A stretch of DNA of 64,000 nucleotides. Origin: Candidatus Bathyarchaeota archaeon (GTDB lineage Archaea; Thermoproteota; Bathyarchaeia; TCS64). Below the pieces are notes generated by a model. That model had not been told where the DNA came from. It saw only the letters and a program-made list of their open reading frames with translations, and made no database searches. The position numbers and the translations under genes were made by a program. Position 1 is the first letter of the stretch. Each line of letters starts with the position of its first letter. Location: assembly GCA_963771885.1 (NCBI GenBank), contig CAVYVF010000007.1, forward strand, positions 32,001-96,000. Reading direction: 5' to 3'. Below, in pieces: positions 1 to 10,668 of the stretch.

Positions 1-207
1 CTCCACTTCAGTCTTCCTCTGCTCGGCCCAGTACTTCCTCGCGTTCTCGAGGACCACGACGGTGGTCATCTGAGGGGTGAGGACGCCTTTGGGGGCGCCG
101 TGCTCCTCTAGCACAGCGATCATATTCCTCTTCATCTTGACAAAGTCGACCTCTGAGTTGACGAGCGTGCCGTCGAGGTCGAAGACTATGCCCTTGTACT
201 TGCCCAA
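1..207 (-). CDS. HAD-family hydrolase/phosphatase, N-terminal part (runs off window)
   Basis: Manual translation from TTG at 207: LGKYKGIVFDLDGTLVNSEVDF..., HAD motif I DxDGT. Confidence 0.8.
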   Translation of the reverse strand, partial: MGKYKGIVFDLDGTLVNSEVDFVKMKRNMIAVLEEHGAPKGVLTPQMTTVVVLENARKYWAEQRKTEVE

Positions 208-288
208 GTCGATCCCGGAACCATACGGTGAAGCGGACTTAACTTTTTTCACCGGCGGCGCCACGGGGGATTCGAGGGTGTACATTGG

Positions 289-495
289 TTGAAGGTGCTC
301 TGCAGAGAGTGCATGTGGGCAAAGGAGATCGACACCGAGACTCGCCTAGCCCTCGGGCAGGAGAACAAGGAGATACTAAACGCCCTTCTCCGCTCGCATT
401 ACAGGATAACCGAGTTCCTCTACTGCACGAAGCAGGGCTGGCTCGAGTCTGCGATAACGGAGAAAGAGTGCGACGACTATGAATGTGTCAAATAG
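289..495 (+). CDS. Small hypothetical protein, possible Zn-binding
   Basis: 68 aa ORF filling an intergenic gap; CxxC near N-terminus plus further His/Cys. Confidence 0.5.
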   Translation: MKVLCRECMWAKEIDTETRLALGQENKEILNALLRSHYRITEFLYCTKQGWLESAITEKECDDYECVK

Positions 496-501
496 TAAGC
501 G

Positions 502-1821
502 TTAGCTCGACTGCGGCGCTTTCTTTCTCTTAAGGAAGCTGAAGCTGCTGAACCGCGCTGTGATTATCCTCTCAGTCGAGAATATCTTGGCCGCCACCCA
601 CAGCACGACAACCGTGAAGACGCTGATGTAGGCGATGCTCCTGAAAATAAGCCAGTAGTTGCCGAGGAACGCAGCCTTGGTGGCGAGCATCGTGTGAGTG
701 TAGGGGATGGCGAGCATGATCCACTGGATCGCTGGGGGCAGCATCTCGATGTCGCTGAACATTAGTATCATCGCCGGGATGATGAGCGGCACGATGAGGA
801 CACCTGTGAGGCTCTGGGCACTGCGTACGCTGTCCGTGAAGACGGCGAGGCTTATCGCCAGGGCTAGCGCCGAGATGAGTGTCACGAACATCACCACACC
901 GAGCAACGCGTAGCCGATGGGCTGAATGCCGATTCCCGCACCGGAGAGGTCGACGCTAGTCAGCCCTGGGGCGAAGCTGAAGGCGGAGCTGGTGTAGTAG
1001 CCGAAGCCGATCATGTAGCTGATCGAACCCGCGATGGCGATCACCACCGAGCCGGCTAGCTTGCCGCCGAGGATCGTGAACCTGCCCACGGGCAGCGTCA
1101 TCAGCGTCTCAAGCGTCTTCTGCTCCTTCTCGAGGGCGATGCTCGTCGCGGCCATCTGGATGGCGAATATTATCATCATCATGACCATGAGGGGGAGCAT
1201 TATGCTCTGGCTTACGATGAGACTCGTGATTTGGTTCGGGGCGACCTCGACGACATTACCCTTGATAATTGACGCGTAGCTTACTGAGACGGGGTCGTGG
1301 ACGATTGCTGGGCTGCCGAGTTCACCGGTGACGTCCATGAGCTGCTGAATTATAGCAAGGGAGTAGTAATAGTTGTAAATGCTCACGAGGCTACCTGCAA
1401 CATCGGTGCCGGATGCCTCGGCGATGTTCAAGTTCTTTAGGTTCCCATATATCTTCACCCGGCCCCGAAGCCCATCCGTCACATTCTGTGAGTAGCCGTC
1501 GGGGACGTAGACGAGGGCGACCGAGTCCGAGTCCTTAAACTTGACAAGGGCATCCCCGAGACTCGACGCTTGAATTGTTGTGACAGTATTATTCGTCGTT
1601 ATGTACTGGACGAAGACGCCCGCAAGGCCACCTGCATCGTCGCTGTAGACAGAGAACTTTGCACCCATGATAGCGGTTTGGACGGACTGCTGGCTGATCT
1701 GTAGTCCCTGCCCCATGAGTGGGTATAGGAGGAGGGGAAGCAGGACGACGCCGAAAAGTATCTTCGGGTCCCTGATCAGCTCCTTGATCTCCTTGTAGAC
1801 TATGCTAGTGAAGCTACCTAA
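502..1821 (-). CDS. ABC-2 type transporter permease (NatB-like)
   Basis: Multi-TM, EKEQKTLETLMTLP motif; frame extends upstream of the called ORF (LGSFTSIVYKEIKELIRDPK) with no canonical start codon. Confidence 0.85.
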   Translation of the reverse strand, partial: LGSFTSIVYKEIKELIRDPKILFGVVLLPLLLYPLMGQGLQISQQSVQTAIMGAKFSVYSDDAGGLAGVFVQYITTNNTVTTIQASSLGDALVKFKDSDSVALVYVPDGYSQNVTDGLRGRVKIYGNLKNLNIAEASGTDVAGSLVSIYNYYYSLAIIQQLMDVTGELGSPAIVHDPVSVSYASIIKGNVVEVAPNQITSLIVSQSIMLPLMVMMMIIFAIQMAATSIALEKEQKTLETLMTLPVGRFTILGGKLAGSVVIAIAGSISYMIGFGYYTSSAFSFAPGLTSVDLSGAGIGIQPIGYALLGVVMFVTLISALALAISLAVFTDSVRSAQSLTGVLIVPLIIPAMILMFSDIEMLPPAIQWIMLAIPYTHTMLATKAAFLGNYWLIFRSIAYISVFTVVVLWVAAKIFSTERIITARFSSFSFLKRKKAPQSS

Positions 1822-2545
1822 GGTGTGTCGCCTCCATGAACGCCTGTTCGAGGTTCACCGCGTTGTAGCGCGCCTTGAGCTCCTCCGGTGTGCCCTCAGA
1901 GATGATCTTGCCCTCGTTTATGAGGGCGACCCTGTCGCAGAGGTACTCTACCTCGAGCATGTTATGGCTCGATACGAGTATGGTGACGCCCATCTTCTTG
2001 GCATAGTCTTTGATCATGCCGCGAACGTGGTAAGCCTGGATGACATCTAAGCCTGAGGTGGGCTCGTCGAGTATGGCGAGCTTGGGTTTTATCATTAGGG
2101 CGCGGGCGATTAGAAGGCGCCTCTTCATGCCTCTGCTGTAGCCGTTCACTCTGTCCTTGAGGCGCTCCTCGAGGCCGCTGATCTCCCTCCCTGCTTGTAC
2201 CATCTCCTCTATGACTGCCTTGTCGCGCGCGTAGAAGCCAGCCATGAAATTGAGGTACTCCTCGCCGGTGAGGTACTGGTAAGCCCCAGCATCCTCGGGC
2301 AGGTAACTTAGTATCTTACGAATATCGTCGGCTCCCTTCACGACATCATTTCCGAAGACCTGCGCAGAGCCCGAGCTTGGGCTTATGAGTGTACCGAGTA
2401 TCCTGAGCGTCGTGGTCTTGCCGGCGCCATTGGGTCCTATTAGCCCAAATATCTGGTTCTCCTCGACGGAGAAGCTCGTGCCCTTTAGTGCCTCGAAGTC
2501 TCCGAAGCTCTTCTTGAGGTCACGAACATCTATGGCGGCTCCCAT
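1814..2545 (-). CDS. ABC transporter ATP-binding protein
   Basis: Walker A GPNGAGKTT, signature YSRGM, Walker B ILDEPT, H-loop SSH. Confidence 0.95.
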   Translation of the reverse strand: MGAAIDVRDLKKSFGDFEALKGTSFSVEENQIFGLIGPNGAGKTTTLRILGTLISPSSGSAQVFGNDVVKGADDIRKILSYLPEDAGAYQYLTGEEYLNFMAGFYARDKAVIEEMVQAGREISGLEERLKDRVNGYSRGMKRRLLIARALMIKPKLAILDEPTSGLDVIQAYHVRGMIKDYAKKMGVTILVSSHNMLEVEYLCDRVALINEGKIISEGTPEELKARYNAVNLEQAFMEATHLR

Positions 2546-2841
2546 TAAATCCCTCTCTCAGAGCCCAGAGCAGGGTAGCCGATTTAAAGTTACCTTGAAC
2601 GAGTCCCAAACGGATTTCCTCGCTAAAATTCTATGAAAACAGGGAAAACCGGAAATTGGAGATGAGGGCTATAAACTTCTTTTTCTTCATGAAATGATTT
2701 AACTCTTGAACCATCGACGATCCTGCCCCTCCGGGATGATAGGGTCGTATATTGGGTACAATTCCCCAGCTTTGGCTTTAAGCGGTTTATGGGTGTCTGT
2801 TTTAAACGGTGTGGGCGTAGCCTTTACGGAGAGTGTCCTGA

Positions 2842-4191
2842 TTGAAGGTGGATCTTGTCGTTAGGAACGCGAGGATCGTTTCGCCTCGCGGGATCGTGGA
2901 GGGTGGGTTGGCGGTCGAAGGCGGCGTGGTTGTCGCTGTAGCTAAAGACTCGCATCTCCCCGAGGGTGACCGAGTAATAGACGCGGGTGGAAAGCACATA
3001 CTACCCGGGGTTCTCGACGGGCACGCCCACACCTATCTTCCCCCGGAGACGCCATCAACGGGTACACGCGCCGCCGCCAAGGGCGGAGTCACGACACTCC
3101 TCGAGATGCCGGGGACGCAGATGGGGTGCTTCAGTCCCGCCGAGTTCGAGAAAAAACGCGATCTCTTCAAAGCGACTAGCCACGTCGACTTCTGTATACA
3201 CGCTGGCTGCGCCAGCGGCTACCCCGACGGCAATCTCACCTCCATGTACGGACAGGGAGCGACGGGGTTCAAGTTCTTCATAAGTAGCGCAGGTCCCAAG
3301 TGGCCTCAGACATTCGATGGGGAGGTACTTGATCGCTTCGCCGAGATAGCACGCTTCGGCGGCCTCGCTCTTATCCACTCCGAGAACGACGCCATCCTCC
3401 GAGACAACTTCAAGAGACTCCAGACAGATGGGCGCAAGGACTTCGCCGCCCACCTGGAGCACAGGCCGCCTATTAGCGAGATAGAGTCTGGGCAGAGGAT
3501 GATCACCTTCCTCAGGGCGACGGGCTGCAGGGGGATGCTCGTCCACACGAGCCTGCCCGAGGTCGTCGAGGACGTGCACAAGGCGCGCCTCGACGGGGTC
3601 AGGGTGCTCACGGAGACGTGCCCTCAGTACCTCTATCTCACAGACGAGGACGTGGTGAGAAACGGGCCGTGGAACAAGTTCGCCCCGCCTGCTCGGGGAA
3701 AGGAGGACAAGGCGGCGATTAGGCGGATGCTCGCCGACGGGCACATCGACTCCGTAGCCACGGACCACGCCCCCTACTCGAAGGAGAGGAAGCTGGAGGG
3801 GATGAACGACATTTTCGCCGCTCCCAACGGGATGCCGGGGCTTGAGACCTTTATACATTTGATGCTCAACGGCGTCAGCGATGGCTGGATAACCCTTGAG
3901 CGCCTCGCCGCCGTGATGGCAGAGAACCCCGCGCGTATTTATGGCATCTATCCTAAGAAGGGGGCCCTCGTTCCAGGCGCTGATGCCGACATGGTCATCT
4001 GTGACATGAAGAAGGTGACCAAGATCAGGAACGACGACCAGATTACCGCCTGTGGTTGGACGCCGTACGACGGCATGACCGTTAAGGGTGCCCCCGTGAT
4101 GTCGATAATCAGGGGCGAGGTCTCCATGGAGGACGGCGCCGTCCATGTCAAAGAGGGCAGCGGCGCCTTCGTCCCCCGAAGCTCGGTCTAA
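2842..4191 (+). CDS. Cyclic amidohydrolase (allantoinase/dihydroorotase/dihydropyrimidinase family)
   Basis: PGVLDGHAH, GFKFF (carbamylated Lys position), HSEN, ETCPQYL, TDHAP, NPARIYG. Confidence 0.9.
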   Translation: MKVDLVVRNARIVSPRGIVEGGLAVEGGVVVAVAKDSHLPEGDRVIDAGGKHILPGVLDGHAHTYLPPETPSTGTRAAAKGGVTTLLEMPGTQMGCFSPAEFEKKRDLFKATSHVDFCIHAGCASGYPDGNLTSMYGQGATGFKFFISSAGPKWPQTFDGEVLDRFAEIARFGGLALIHSENDAILRDNFKRLQTDGRKDFAAHLEHRPPISEIESGQRMITFLRATGCRGMLVHTSLPEVVEDVHKARLDGVRVLTETCPQYLYLTDEDVVRNGPWNKFAPPARGKEDKAAIRRMLADGHIDSVATDHAPYSKERKLEGMNDIFAAPNGMPGLETFIHLMLNGVSDGWITLERLAAVMAENPARIYGIYPKKGALVPGADADMVICDMKKVTKIRNDDQITACGWTPYDGMTVKGAPVMSIIRGEVSMEDGAVHVKEGSGAFVPRSSV

Positions 4192-4230
4192 AATCTTTTA
4201 CCCACATCAGCCCTTGATCCATCGACAGCC

Positions 4231-5576
4231 TTGACCGTAGACCTCGTCATCTCTAACGCCAAGCTCGTCACCCCACGCGGCATCGTCGAGGGAGGCGTCG
4301 CCATAGACGGTGGAGTGATCGTCGCCGTAGCGAAGGACCCACACCTGCCTCGAGCCGACAGGGTGATAGACGCGAAGGGACGCCCCGTTCTCCCCGGGCT
4401 CCTCGACGGGCACCCGCACACAACCAGTCCCCCCGACACTCCCCTCACTGGAACGCGAGCGGCGGCGAGAGGCGGATTCACGACGCTGCTGGAGATGCCC
4501 GGATACCAAGTGCCTACTTTCACCCCCGAGCAGTTCGAGGAGAAGCGCAGGATCTATGAGAGGGACGCCTTCGTCGATTTCGCCCTCCACGGCGCGTGCG
4601 CCTCAGGGTACCCGCGGGGATCGCTGACGGGGATGTGGAAGCTCGGCGCAACTGGTATCAAGTTCTTCGTCTCCGACCCTGGCCCGGTTGGCCCCAGACT
4701 TTCGACGGCGAGATAATCGAGGGCTTCAAGGAGCTCGCAGCGGTCGACGGACTCGCCCTGATACATGCCGAGAACGATCAGATGATAAAGGACAACACGA
4801 GGCGCCTCAAGACGGAGGATAGAAGGGACTACGCCGCCCACCTCGACGCGCGACCACCGATAGCAGAGATCGAGGCGGGCAAGAGGATAATCGAGTACCT
4901 GAAACTCACTGGATGCAGGGGCGTTATAGTCCACACGGGCGTCCCCGAGACCATCGACTACGCCCGAAGGGCGAGGATCGAGGGCGCGGACGTATACATC
5001 GAGACATGCCCACAGTACCTCTTCCTAACCGAGGACCACGTCAAGAAGCTCGGCCCGTGGGCAAAGTTCGCACCCCCCGCGAGGAGCAAGGAGACCGCCG
5101 CGGAGATAATGAGGCTGCTCGCCGCGGGGCACATAGATACTTTGGCGACAGATCACGCCCCGTACCCGAAGGAGGAAAAGGAGGCCGGCCTTAAGGACAT
5201 GCTCGCGGCGCCGAACGGCATACCCGGATTGGAGACATTCCTGCCTCTGATGCTCAACGCCGTCAATGAGGGATGGCTCACGCTGGAGAGGCTCGTCGAG
5301 GTGACGGCGGAGAACCCCGCGAAGATATACAGGGTCTGGCCGAGGAAGGGCAGCTTCACGCCCGGGGCAGACGGCGACGCCGTGATCGTCGACATGAAGA
5401 AAGAGATGCACGTGAGTAACGACGATCTGCTCACCGCCTGCCACTGGTCGCCCTACGACGGTTGGAGACTCAAAGGCGTGCCGGTGATGTCCCTGATCCG
5501 AGGCCAGGTCGTGATGGAGGATGGCGAGGTCATCGCCAAGAAAGGCTCTGGAAAATTTGTGTCGAGGATCGACTAG
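4231..5576 (+). CDS. Second cyclic amidohydrolase paralogue, frameshift near 4685 (probable sequencing error)
   Basis: ORFs 4231..4716 and 4596..5576 join into a full-length paralogue (DGHPH, GIKFF, HAEN, TDHAP). Confidence 0.85.
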
Positions 5577-6070
5577 CGCCGCGGCTTCCTCTTCAATTCT
5601 GTCCCGCAGATGGGGCAGACGTTGTCCTCCTGCGGGGATTCGAACTTTCTCCTGCAGCCGGGGCAGTAGATGACCCATTCGTAGACCCGTTTTATGCCCC
5701 TCGTCGCTTGAGCGGCGAACCTCAGTCCGAGGCGAGACGCCATGTTCTGGACTGAGTAGTCGTCGGAAACGATCGTCGGGACATCACCCTGAGACTTTAA
5801 TTGAAGCCCGAGGGCGAGCAACCGCTTGTCGGTGTCCGAGAGCTTGTGCGCCTCCCCCGATAGAGTGGCTTTTACCTCGATCTCAGCGACCCACTTCTCC
5901 TCCGGCTGAGTCTCCCTGAGCCTACCCGACGACCGTGCACCCTCATACCTCATCCTGCCCAGCTCCTCCCTGATCTCACCTAGGACCTCGGAGACTGTGT
6001 AATAGTCCTCCTCGGGGCTTAGGTTGTACCCCTGTATAAAGGCGGACGTGTCGAGAATTACACGCCTCAA
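5573..6070 (-). CDS. nob1: Nob1-like rRNA maturation endonuclease (PIN + Zn ribbon)
   Basis: ILDTSAF PIN start, LSDTD, SDDYSVQN, CPGC...CPICG. Confidence 0.9.
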   Translation of the reverse strand: MRRVILDTSAFIQGYNLSPEEDYYTVSEVLGEIREELGRMRYEGARSSGRLRETQPEEKWVAEIEVKATLSGEAHKLSDTDKRLLALGLQLKSQGDVPTIVSDDYSVQNMASRLGLRFAAQATRGIKRVYEWVIYCPGCRRKFESPQEDNVCPICGTELKRKPRR

Positions 6071-6076
6071 TGCCGC

Positions 6077-6913
6077 TCACTGCGCCTGTATGTGCGTAAT
6101 GCGGCTTCTCAGCCTCTCGTAGAAGGGCTTGAAGCGTATGAAGCGGGTCTTATTATTCGAGACCTCTATCTCTATGGTCGAGAGTGCCTTGATGCCGGTG
6201 TAAACTTTGCCGTCTACTATTGCGAGGGCGTCTGCCCTCGGCTTGCGTAGTTCAACGGTGACCTTGGAGCCGACTGGGAGGGTTATGCTACGGAAGTAAC
6301 TGTAGGGGTTGATGGCAGTGAGTATCATGGCGTCGACGCCGGGAGCGAGGATGGAACCGCCCGCCGAGAGGTTGTACGCGGTTGAACCCGTCGGTGTCGC
6401 CACGAGTATACCGTCCGCCTGTATTTCCGTCAGTTGCTCACCGTCGATGAGGAGTCTGCAGAGTATCATCTTCGAGGGGAGGCTCGATGAGATGAGGACC
6501 TCGTTGAGGGAGTCTGGGAAGTCCTCCTTTTTGCCGCAGTCGCGGCTGCGGAGCTTGAGGCAGTTCTCTAACACGTAATCTCCCTTGATAGTTCTGTCGA
6601 TTGCGAGCTCGACCTCGTCCTTGTGAACCTCGCAGAGGAAGCCCCTGCGCCCCATGTTGACGCCGAGGAGAGGAGTGTCGGGGAATTTTAGCCCCATAGC
6701 GACCCTGAGTATTGTGCCGTCGCCCCCTATGGCGACTATGAAGTCGGCCTCGATGTCCGTGAGGTCGACTGTCTCGGCGTCAAGCTCCAATGCCATCGCC
6801 GTCTCGGTCTCGACCAGGACCTCGACGCCCTTCTCCTCCAGAAGCTGTATGACACGTCGAGTGACTGGGAAGACCGCGTCTATGTCGGTTCTGGAGACGA
6901 CGCCAACCCTCAT
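6077..6913 (-). CDS. nadK: NAD(+) kinase
   Basis: GGDGT, NE, ADGILVATPTGSTAYNLSAGG motifs. Confidence 0.95.
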   Translation of the reverse strand: MRVGVVSRTDIDAVFPVTRRVIQLLEEKGVEVLVETETAMALELDAETVDLTDIEADFIVAIGGDGTILRVAMGLKFPDTPLLGVNMGRRGFLCEVHKDEVELAIDRTIKGDYVLENCLKLRSRDCGKKEDFPDSLNEVLISSSLPSKMILCRLLIDGEQLTEIQADGILVATPTGSTAYNLSAGGSILAPGVDAMILTAINPYSYFRSITLPVGSKVTVELRKPRADALAIVDGKVYTGIKALSTIEIEVSNNKTRFIRFKPFYERLRSRITHIQAQ

Positions 6914-7023
6914 GGAGATTCAACTCAAGAGTCTCCCGGCGCTGATTTAAAGACTCACCGGCACGCAGGGGAGAGTTGAGCCACCGGTATTAACCAGTGA
7001 GTGTGAAAAAACTGAGAAAACGT

Positions 7024-8175
7024 TTAGACGATGATGCCTGCAGCGCGTAGCTCCGCGAGCTTAGCATCGTCGTAGCCGAGGAGGCCCTTGAGGACCTCAT
7101 CGTTGTGCTCCCCGAGGAGCGGAGCGGGCGCTTTAATCTGTGGTGGCGTCACGCTGTACTTTACGGGGTGCTGTGGTACGACGAACTTACCGGCGAGCTT
7201 GTGGTCGAGCTGGACGACGCTGTTCCTCGCCTTGACCTGTGGGTCCTCGAGCATGTCTGGGATATGGTTGACTGGTGCACAGGGCACGGCGTTCGCCGCG
7301 AGGATGTTGATAGCGTCTGCGGCGGTCTGTCCCTCTGCCCACTTCTTAAAGACGTCACTGCCCTCCTCGATCTCATCGACGCCGATCGCCTTCATGACAC
7401 GGCCGTCCATGTTCTGATCGGCGGCGACGTAGATGTACTTGTCATCCTTCGCCTTGAAGAAGCCCCATGCGCCGATGCCCTTGCGAGCCGCACGAGTGAC
7501 CCAGGGGAGCTTGCCGCTCAGGCTGTAGCTCGCGATGTCGACGCCATTCTGGGCGATCATGACATCGAGCTGCGCCACGTCTAGGAGTTGCCCTTCACCC
7601 GTCCTGTCGCGGTGACGTAGTGCGCCTAAGATTGCGATGGTGGCGAAGAGGCCGGGGTCGAGGTCGCCGTGATACTCAGCGGGGACGATCGGCGGCCCAT
7701 TGGGGTCAACGTTGTCGCCAGTTAGGCGGTGCCAACCACTCTCGCTCTCTGCGATGGGTGCAAAGCTGGTACGATCTTTGAAGGGGCCGTCGAGGCCGAA
7801 GCCACTCAGGCTTGCGTATATGATGTCGGGCTTCACAGCCTTTAGCTGCTCGTAGCCGAGGCCGAGTTTGTCCATCGTGCCGCGCTTGAAGTTCTCGACG
7901 ACGACGTCGCTCTTCTTGGCGAGTTCCTTGACGATGTCGAGTGCCTTGGGGTCCTTTAGGTTGAAAGCGAGGCCCTTCTTGTTCCTATTGAGGTAGTGGA
8001 AGCTGGCGCTAGCGCCTCCGTAGAGGTTTGTGCCGAGCCTGTTTATCTCACCCCACGGGGGCTCGACCTTGAGCACCTCTGCGCCCATGTCCGCGAGGAT
8101 CATGGTTGAGTATGGTCCGAAGAATACGTGTCCGAAGTCGAGGATGCGTACGCCCTCGAGCATGCCTTTACCCAT
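7024..8175 (-). CDS. Class III CoA-transferase (CaiB/BaiF family)
   Basis: LEGVRILD, LADMGAEVLKVE, LNRNKK, DVVVENF, APLLGEH; likely start MGKGML at 8175. Confidence 0.9.
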   Translation of the reverse strand: MGKGMLEGVRILDFGHVFFGPYSTMILADMGAEVLKVEPPWGEINRLGTNLYGGASASFHYLNRNKKGLAFNLKDPKALDIVKELAKKSDVVVENFKRGTMDKLGLGYEQLKAVKPDIIYASLSGFGLDGPFKDRTSFAPIAESESGWHRLTGDNVDPNGPPIVPAEYHGDLDPGLFATIAILGALRHRDRTGEGQLLDVAQLDVMIAQNGVDIASYSLSGKLPWVTRAARKGIGAWGFFKAKDDKYIYVAADQNMDGRVMKAIGVDEIEEGSDVFKKWAEGQTAADAINILAANAVPCAPVNHIPDMLEDPQVKARNSVVQLDHKLAGKFVVPQHPVKYSVTPPQIKAPAPLLGEHNDEVLKGLLGYDDAKLAELRAAGIIV

Positions 8176-8224
8176 ATTCGAATCCTGTTGAAGAGACTGG
8201 CGGAGCGGATAAATCTTGTGCGGT

Positions 8225-8710
8225 CTAGGGCTTCGTCTCCCAGATTCTGTCGCCGACGTAGTGGAGGTTGTGTATGACTTTGCCCTTCTTCTCAGCCAAG
8301 ATGGCAGCGGAGCCACGCAGTGCCTTTCCTATGGCGAGTGCCTTGCCGTACTTCACGTCGCGGACTACGACGAGGGTACCCTCCTCGAACGGCGTCTTGA
8401 TATCCGTTATTCCTGGGGCCATGACGTCAGCACCCTTGCATACGAATGGAATCGCTCCCATGTCGACGACGACCGCCGGCAGGGAGTCAACACACTTACA
8501 CCTTAGTGTCGGGTAGATGCTCCCCTCGACGGCGAACAGTAGAATCTCGTCGTCCAGTAGGTAGATGCGGGCGTTGTCCTCCGTCTCCGCCTCCTCAACC
8601 TTCGTGTATGTCATACCTTGTAGATACTTCGCTGCGCCTTCGAGGACCGTCCGAGCGTCCTGCCTCCTGAGGGCGCGCCTCTTCCTAACCTTGAGCCCGG
8701 AATCACTCAT
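8225..8710 (-). CDS. PUA-domain RNA-binding protein (DUF1947/MCT-1-like)
   Basis: VVVDMGAIPFVCKGADVMAPGI, HYVGDRIW; start MSDSGLK at 8710. Confidence 0.9.
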   Translation of the reverse strand: MSDSGLKVRKRRALRRQDARTVLEGAAKYLQGMTYTKVEEAETEDNARIYLLDDEILLFAVEGSIYPTLRCKCVDSLPAVVVDMGAIPFVCKGADVMAPGITDIKTPFEEGTLVVVRDVKYGKALAIGKALRGSAAILAEKKGKVIHNLHYVGDRIWETKP

Positions 8711-8742
8711 CGGGTGAGAATAAGCCGCGGAGGATAAGAAGT

Positions 8743-10668
8743 CTACGCGAGGGTGTAGGTGTCGAGGTTCTCCGGCGCGATGCCGTAGATGCCCCTCTGC
8801 TTGGCTATGACGCGTGAGAGGTTCTCGCATTTCGACTCCTCGCCGTGTATGACGAAGACGCGCTTCGGCTGTGGGTGGAGACGGCGGACATAGTTGACTA
8901 GTTGGCGCCAGTCGCTGTGGCCGCTGAAGCCCTCGACGGTATAGTTCTTCATGGCGACGTTTATGATCTCCATCTTACCGTTCTGCCCATACATCTGGGC
9001 TGAACCCATGCCTGACTGGACACGCTGACCCATTGTGCCGGCGACCTGGTAGCTTACGAAGCAGAGGGCGTTATTCTCGTCCGGAGCGAGGCGCTTGAAG
9101 TAGTCTATAACGGGGCCACCCTCCATCATGCCTGCTGTTGCCATAATGATGGCTGGTCCCCCATTCACTATCTCATCTCTTTTGTCCTGCTGCTTGACGA
9201 CGGTGAAGTAGTCGCTCTCGAAGGGATTGATGCCATCACGGAGTATCTGGTCCCTTATGTCGTTGCTAAGGTACTGGGGGTAGGCAGTGTGGATGCCGGT
9301 GACCTCGCTGATCATGCCCTCGATGTAGACGGGTGCCTCCGTCATCTTGCCCTCCTTCATGTACTTGTTTATGACCATCATGATCTCCTGCGCGCGCCCC
9401 ACTGCGGGGACGGGGATCAGGAGCTTGCCCTTAGAGAGCGTCTTATTCGCTATCTCGACGAAAGATGCCTCCGTCTGCTCGCGGTCGGGCGTGGTGTCGT
9501 CGAGGCCACCGTAAGTGCTCTCCATGATGAGTGTCTCGACGCGTGGGAACTGGATTGAAGCTGGTTGCAGTAGCTGAGTTGGGCCGTACTTGAAATCGCC
9601 CGTATAGACGACGTTGTGGAGCCCCTTGCCTATGTGGAGGTGGGCTTGGGCTGAGCCGAGTATGTGCCCCGCGTTGTGCAGCGTGAGGCGAATGTCCGGA
9701 CTGATGTCAGTGACCTCGCCGTAGCCGAGGGGTATCGTTCTCATGATCACCTCGCGAACCTCTTCGTTACTGTATGGGAGGAAGCGCCCCTCCTTCCCGG
9801 TGACGTCGAGGTAGTCACTCTGCAGGAGCACCATTAGGCTGGCGGTTGGCTCGGAGCAGTAGATTGGCCCCTCGTAGCCGTACTTGTAGAGGTAGGGGAG
9901 GAAGCCGCAGTGGTCTAGGTGGGCATGTGTGATGACGACGGCGTCGAGCTTGCTGATGTCGAACTCCTCCGTGTCGATACGGGGGTATGCGCCGATGGGG
10001 TTGGATGTGCCCGGGTTGATTCCGCAGTCCATGAGGATGCGGCTTTCCCTCGTCCTGATGAGCACAGCCGATCTGCCAACTTGCCTGGCTGCGCCGAGAA
10101 AGGTGACCCTGACATCCCCGCTCTGCTGGTACATGGGGCGGTAGATCGCCTCGCCAGTCTCGCGGAGGAAACGCTCACGCTCCTTACTCTTGCCGTAGAT
10201 GTAGCCCCTTACCATCTTGATTGTCATGCTGGGGATCGGCGGTGAGCGCACAACGTTCGGGCTCCAGCGGGTCTTCTTAACGATCTCAAGCAGATTCTGC
10301 CCGTTCTTACCTATGGCGACGCCAGGTTTCTCCACCTCGAGCGTTACCTCTCCAAGGCTCGGGTCGAAGTTGCTCTGCACGAGCCCCGCCTCGGCGAGGA
10401 TCTCCTTGACCATTCTCTCCGCCTCCAGTTCATTGACGCGGACGGAAGGGTCGCTGCGCACGACAATACGCTTCTTGATTATGCTCGCGATCTCGCCTAC
10501 TATATGGCTTTGCTCGACAAGAACCTCGGGCTTCTGCGTATAGATCGCCAGGCGTGGGCCCTCGAATTCGATACGCGTTATGCCGACCTCGGCGGGTATC
10601 TTTTCGAGGATTGTCTTCCTGATCTCTTCGTAGCTAAGTCCTTGGGGCTTCTGCATCCCTGCATCCAA
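8743..10668 (-). CDS. fttA: Beta-CASP ribonuclease aCPSF1 / transcription termination factor FttA
   Basis: N-terminal KH domains, HAHLDH MBL motif, AGHILG, FSGHSD, IHGE; adjacent to psmB. Confidence 0.95.
   Translation of the reverse strand: MDAGMQKPQGLSYEEIRKTILEKIPAEVGITRIEFEGPRLAIYTQKPEVLVEQSHIVGEIASIIKKRIVVRSDPSVRVNELEAERMVKEILAEAGLVQSNFDPSLGEVTLEVEKPGVAIGKNGQNLLEIVKKTRWSPNVVRSPPIPSMTIKMVRGYIYGKSKERERFLRETGEAIYRPMYQQSGDVRVTFLGAARQVGRSAVLIRTRESRILMDCGINPGTSNPIGAYPRIDTEEFDISKLDAVVITHAHLDHCGFLPYLYKYGYEGPIYCSEPTASLMVLLQSDYLDVTGKEGRFLPYSNEEVREVIMRTIPLGYGEVTDISPDIRLTLHNAGHILGSAQAHLHIGKGLHNVVYTGDFKYGPTQLLQPASIQFPRVETLIMESTYGGLDDTTPDREQTEASFVEIANKTLSKGKLLIPVPAVGRAQEIMMVINKYMKEGKMTEAPVYIEGMISEVTGIHTAYPQYLSNDIRDQILRDGINPFESDYFTVVKQQDKRDEIVNGGPAIIMATAGMMEGGPVIDYFKRLAPDENNALCFVSYQVAGTMGQRVQSGMGSAQMYGQNGKMEIINVAMKNYTVEGFSGHSDWRQLVNYVRRLHPQPKRVFVIHGEESKCENLSRVIAKQRGIYGIAPENLDTYTLA

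Noticed and set aside
3055..4146. Long antisense ORFs (e.g. 363 aa here, also 5025-5678, 56585-57187)
   Set aside because: Shadow frames of GC-rich genes with no recognisable motifs.
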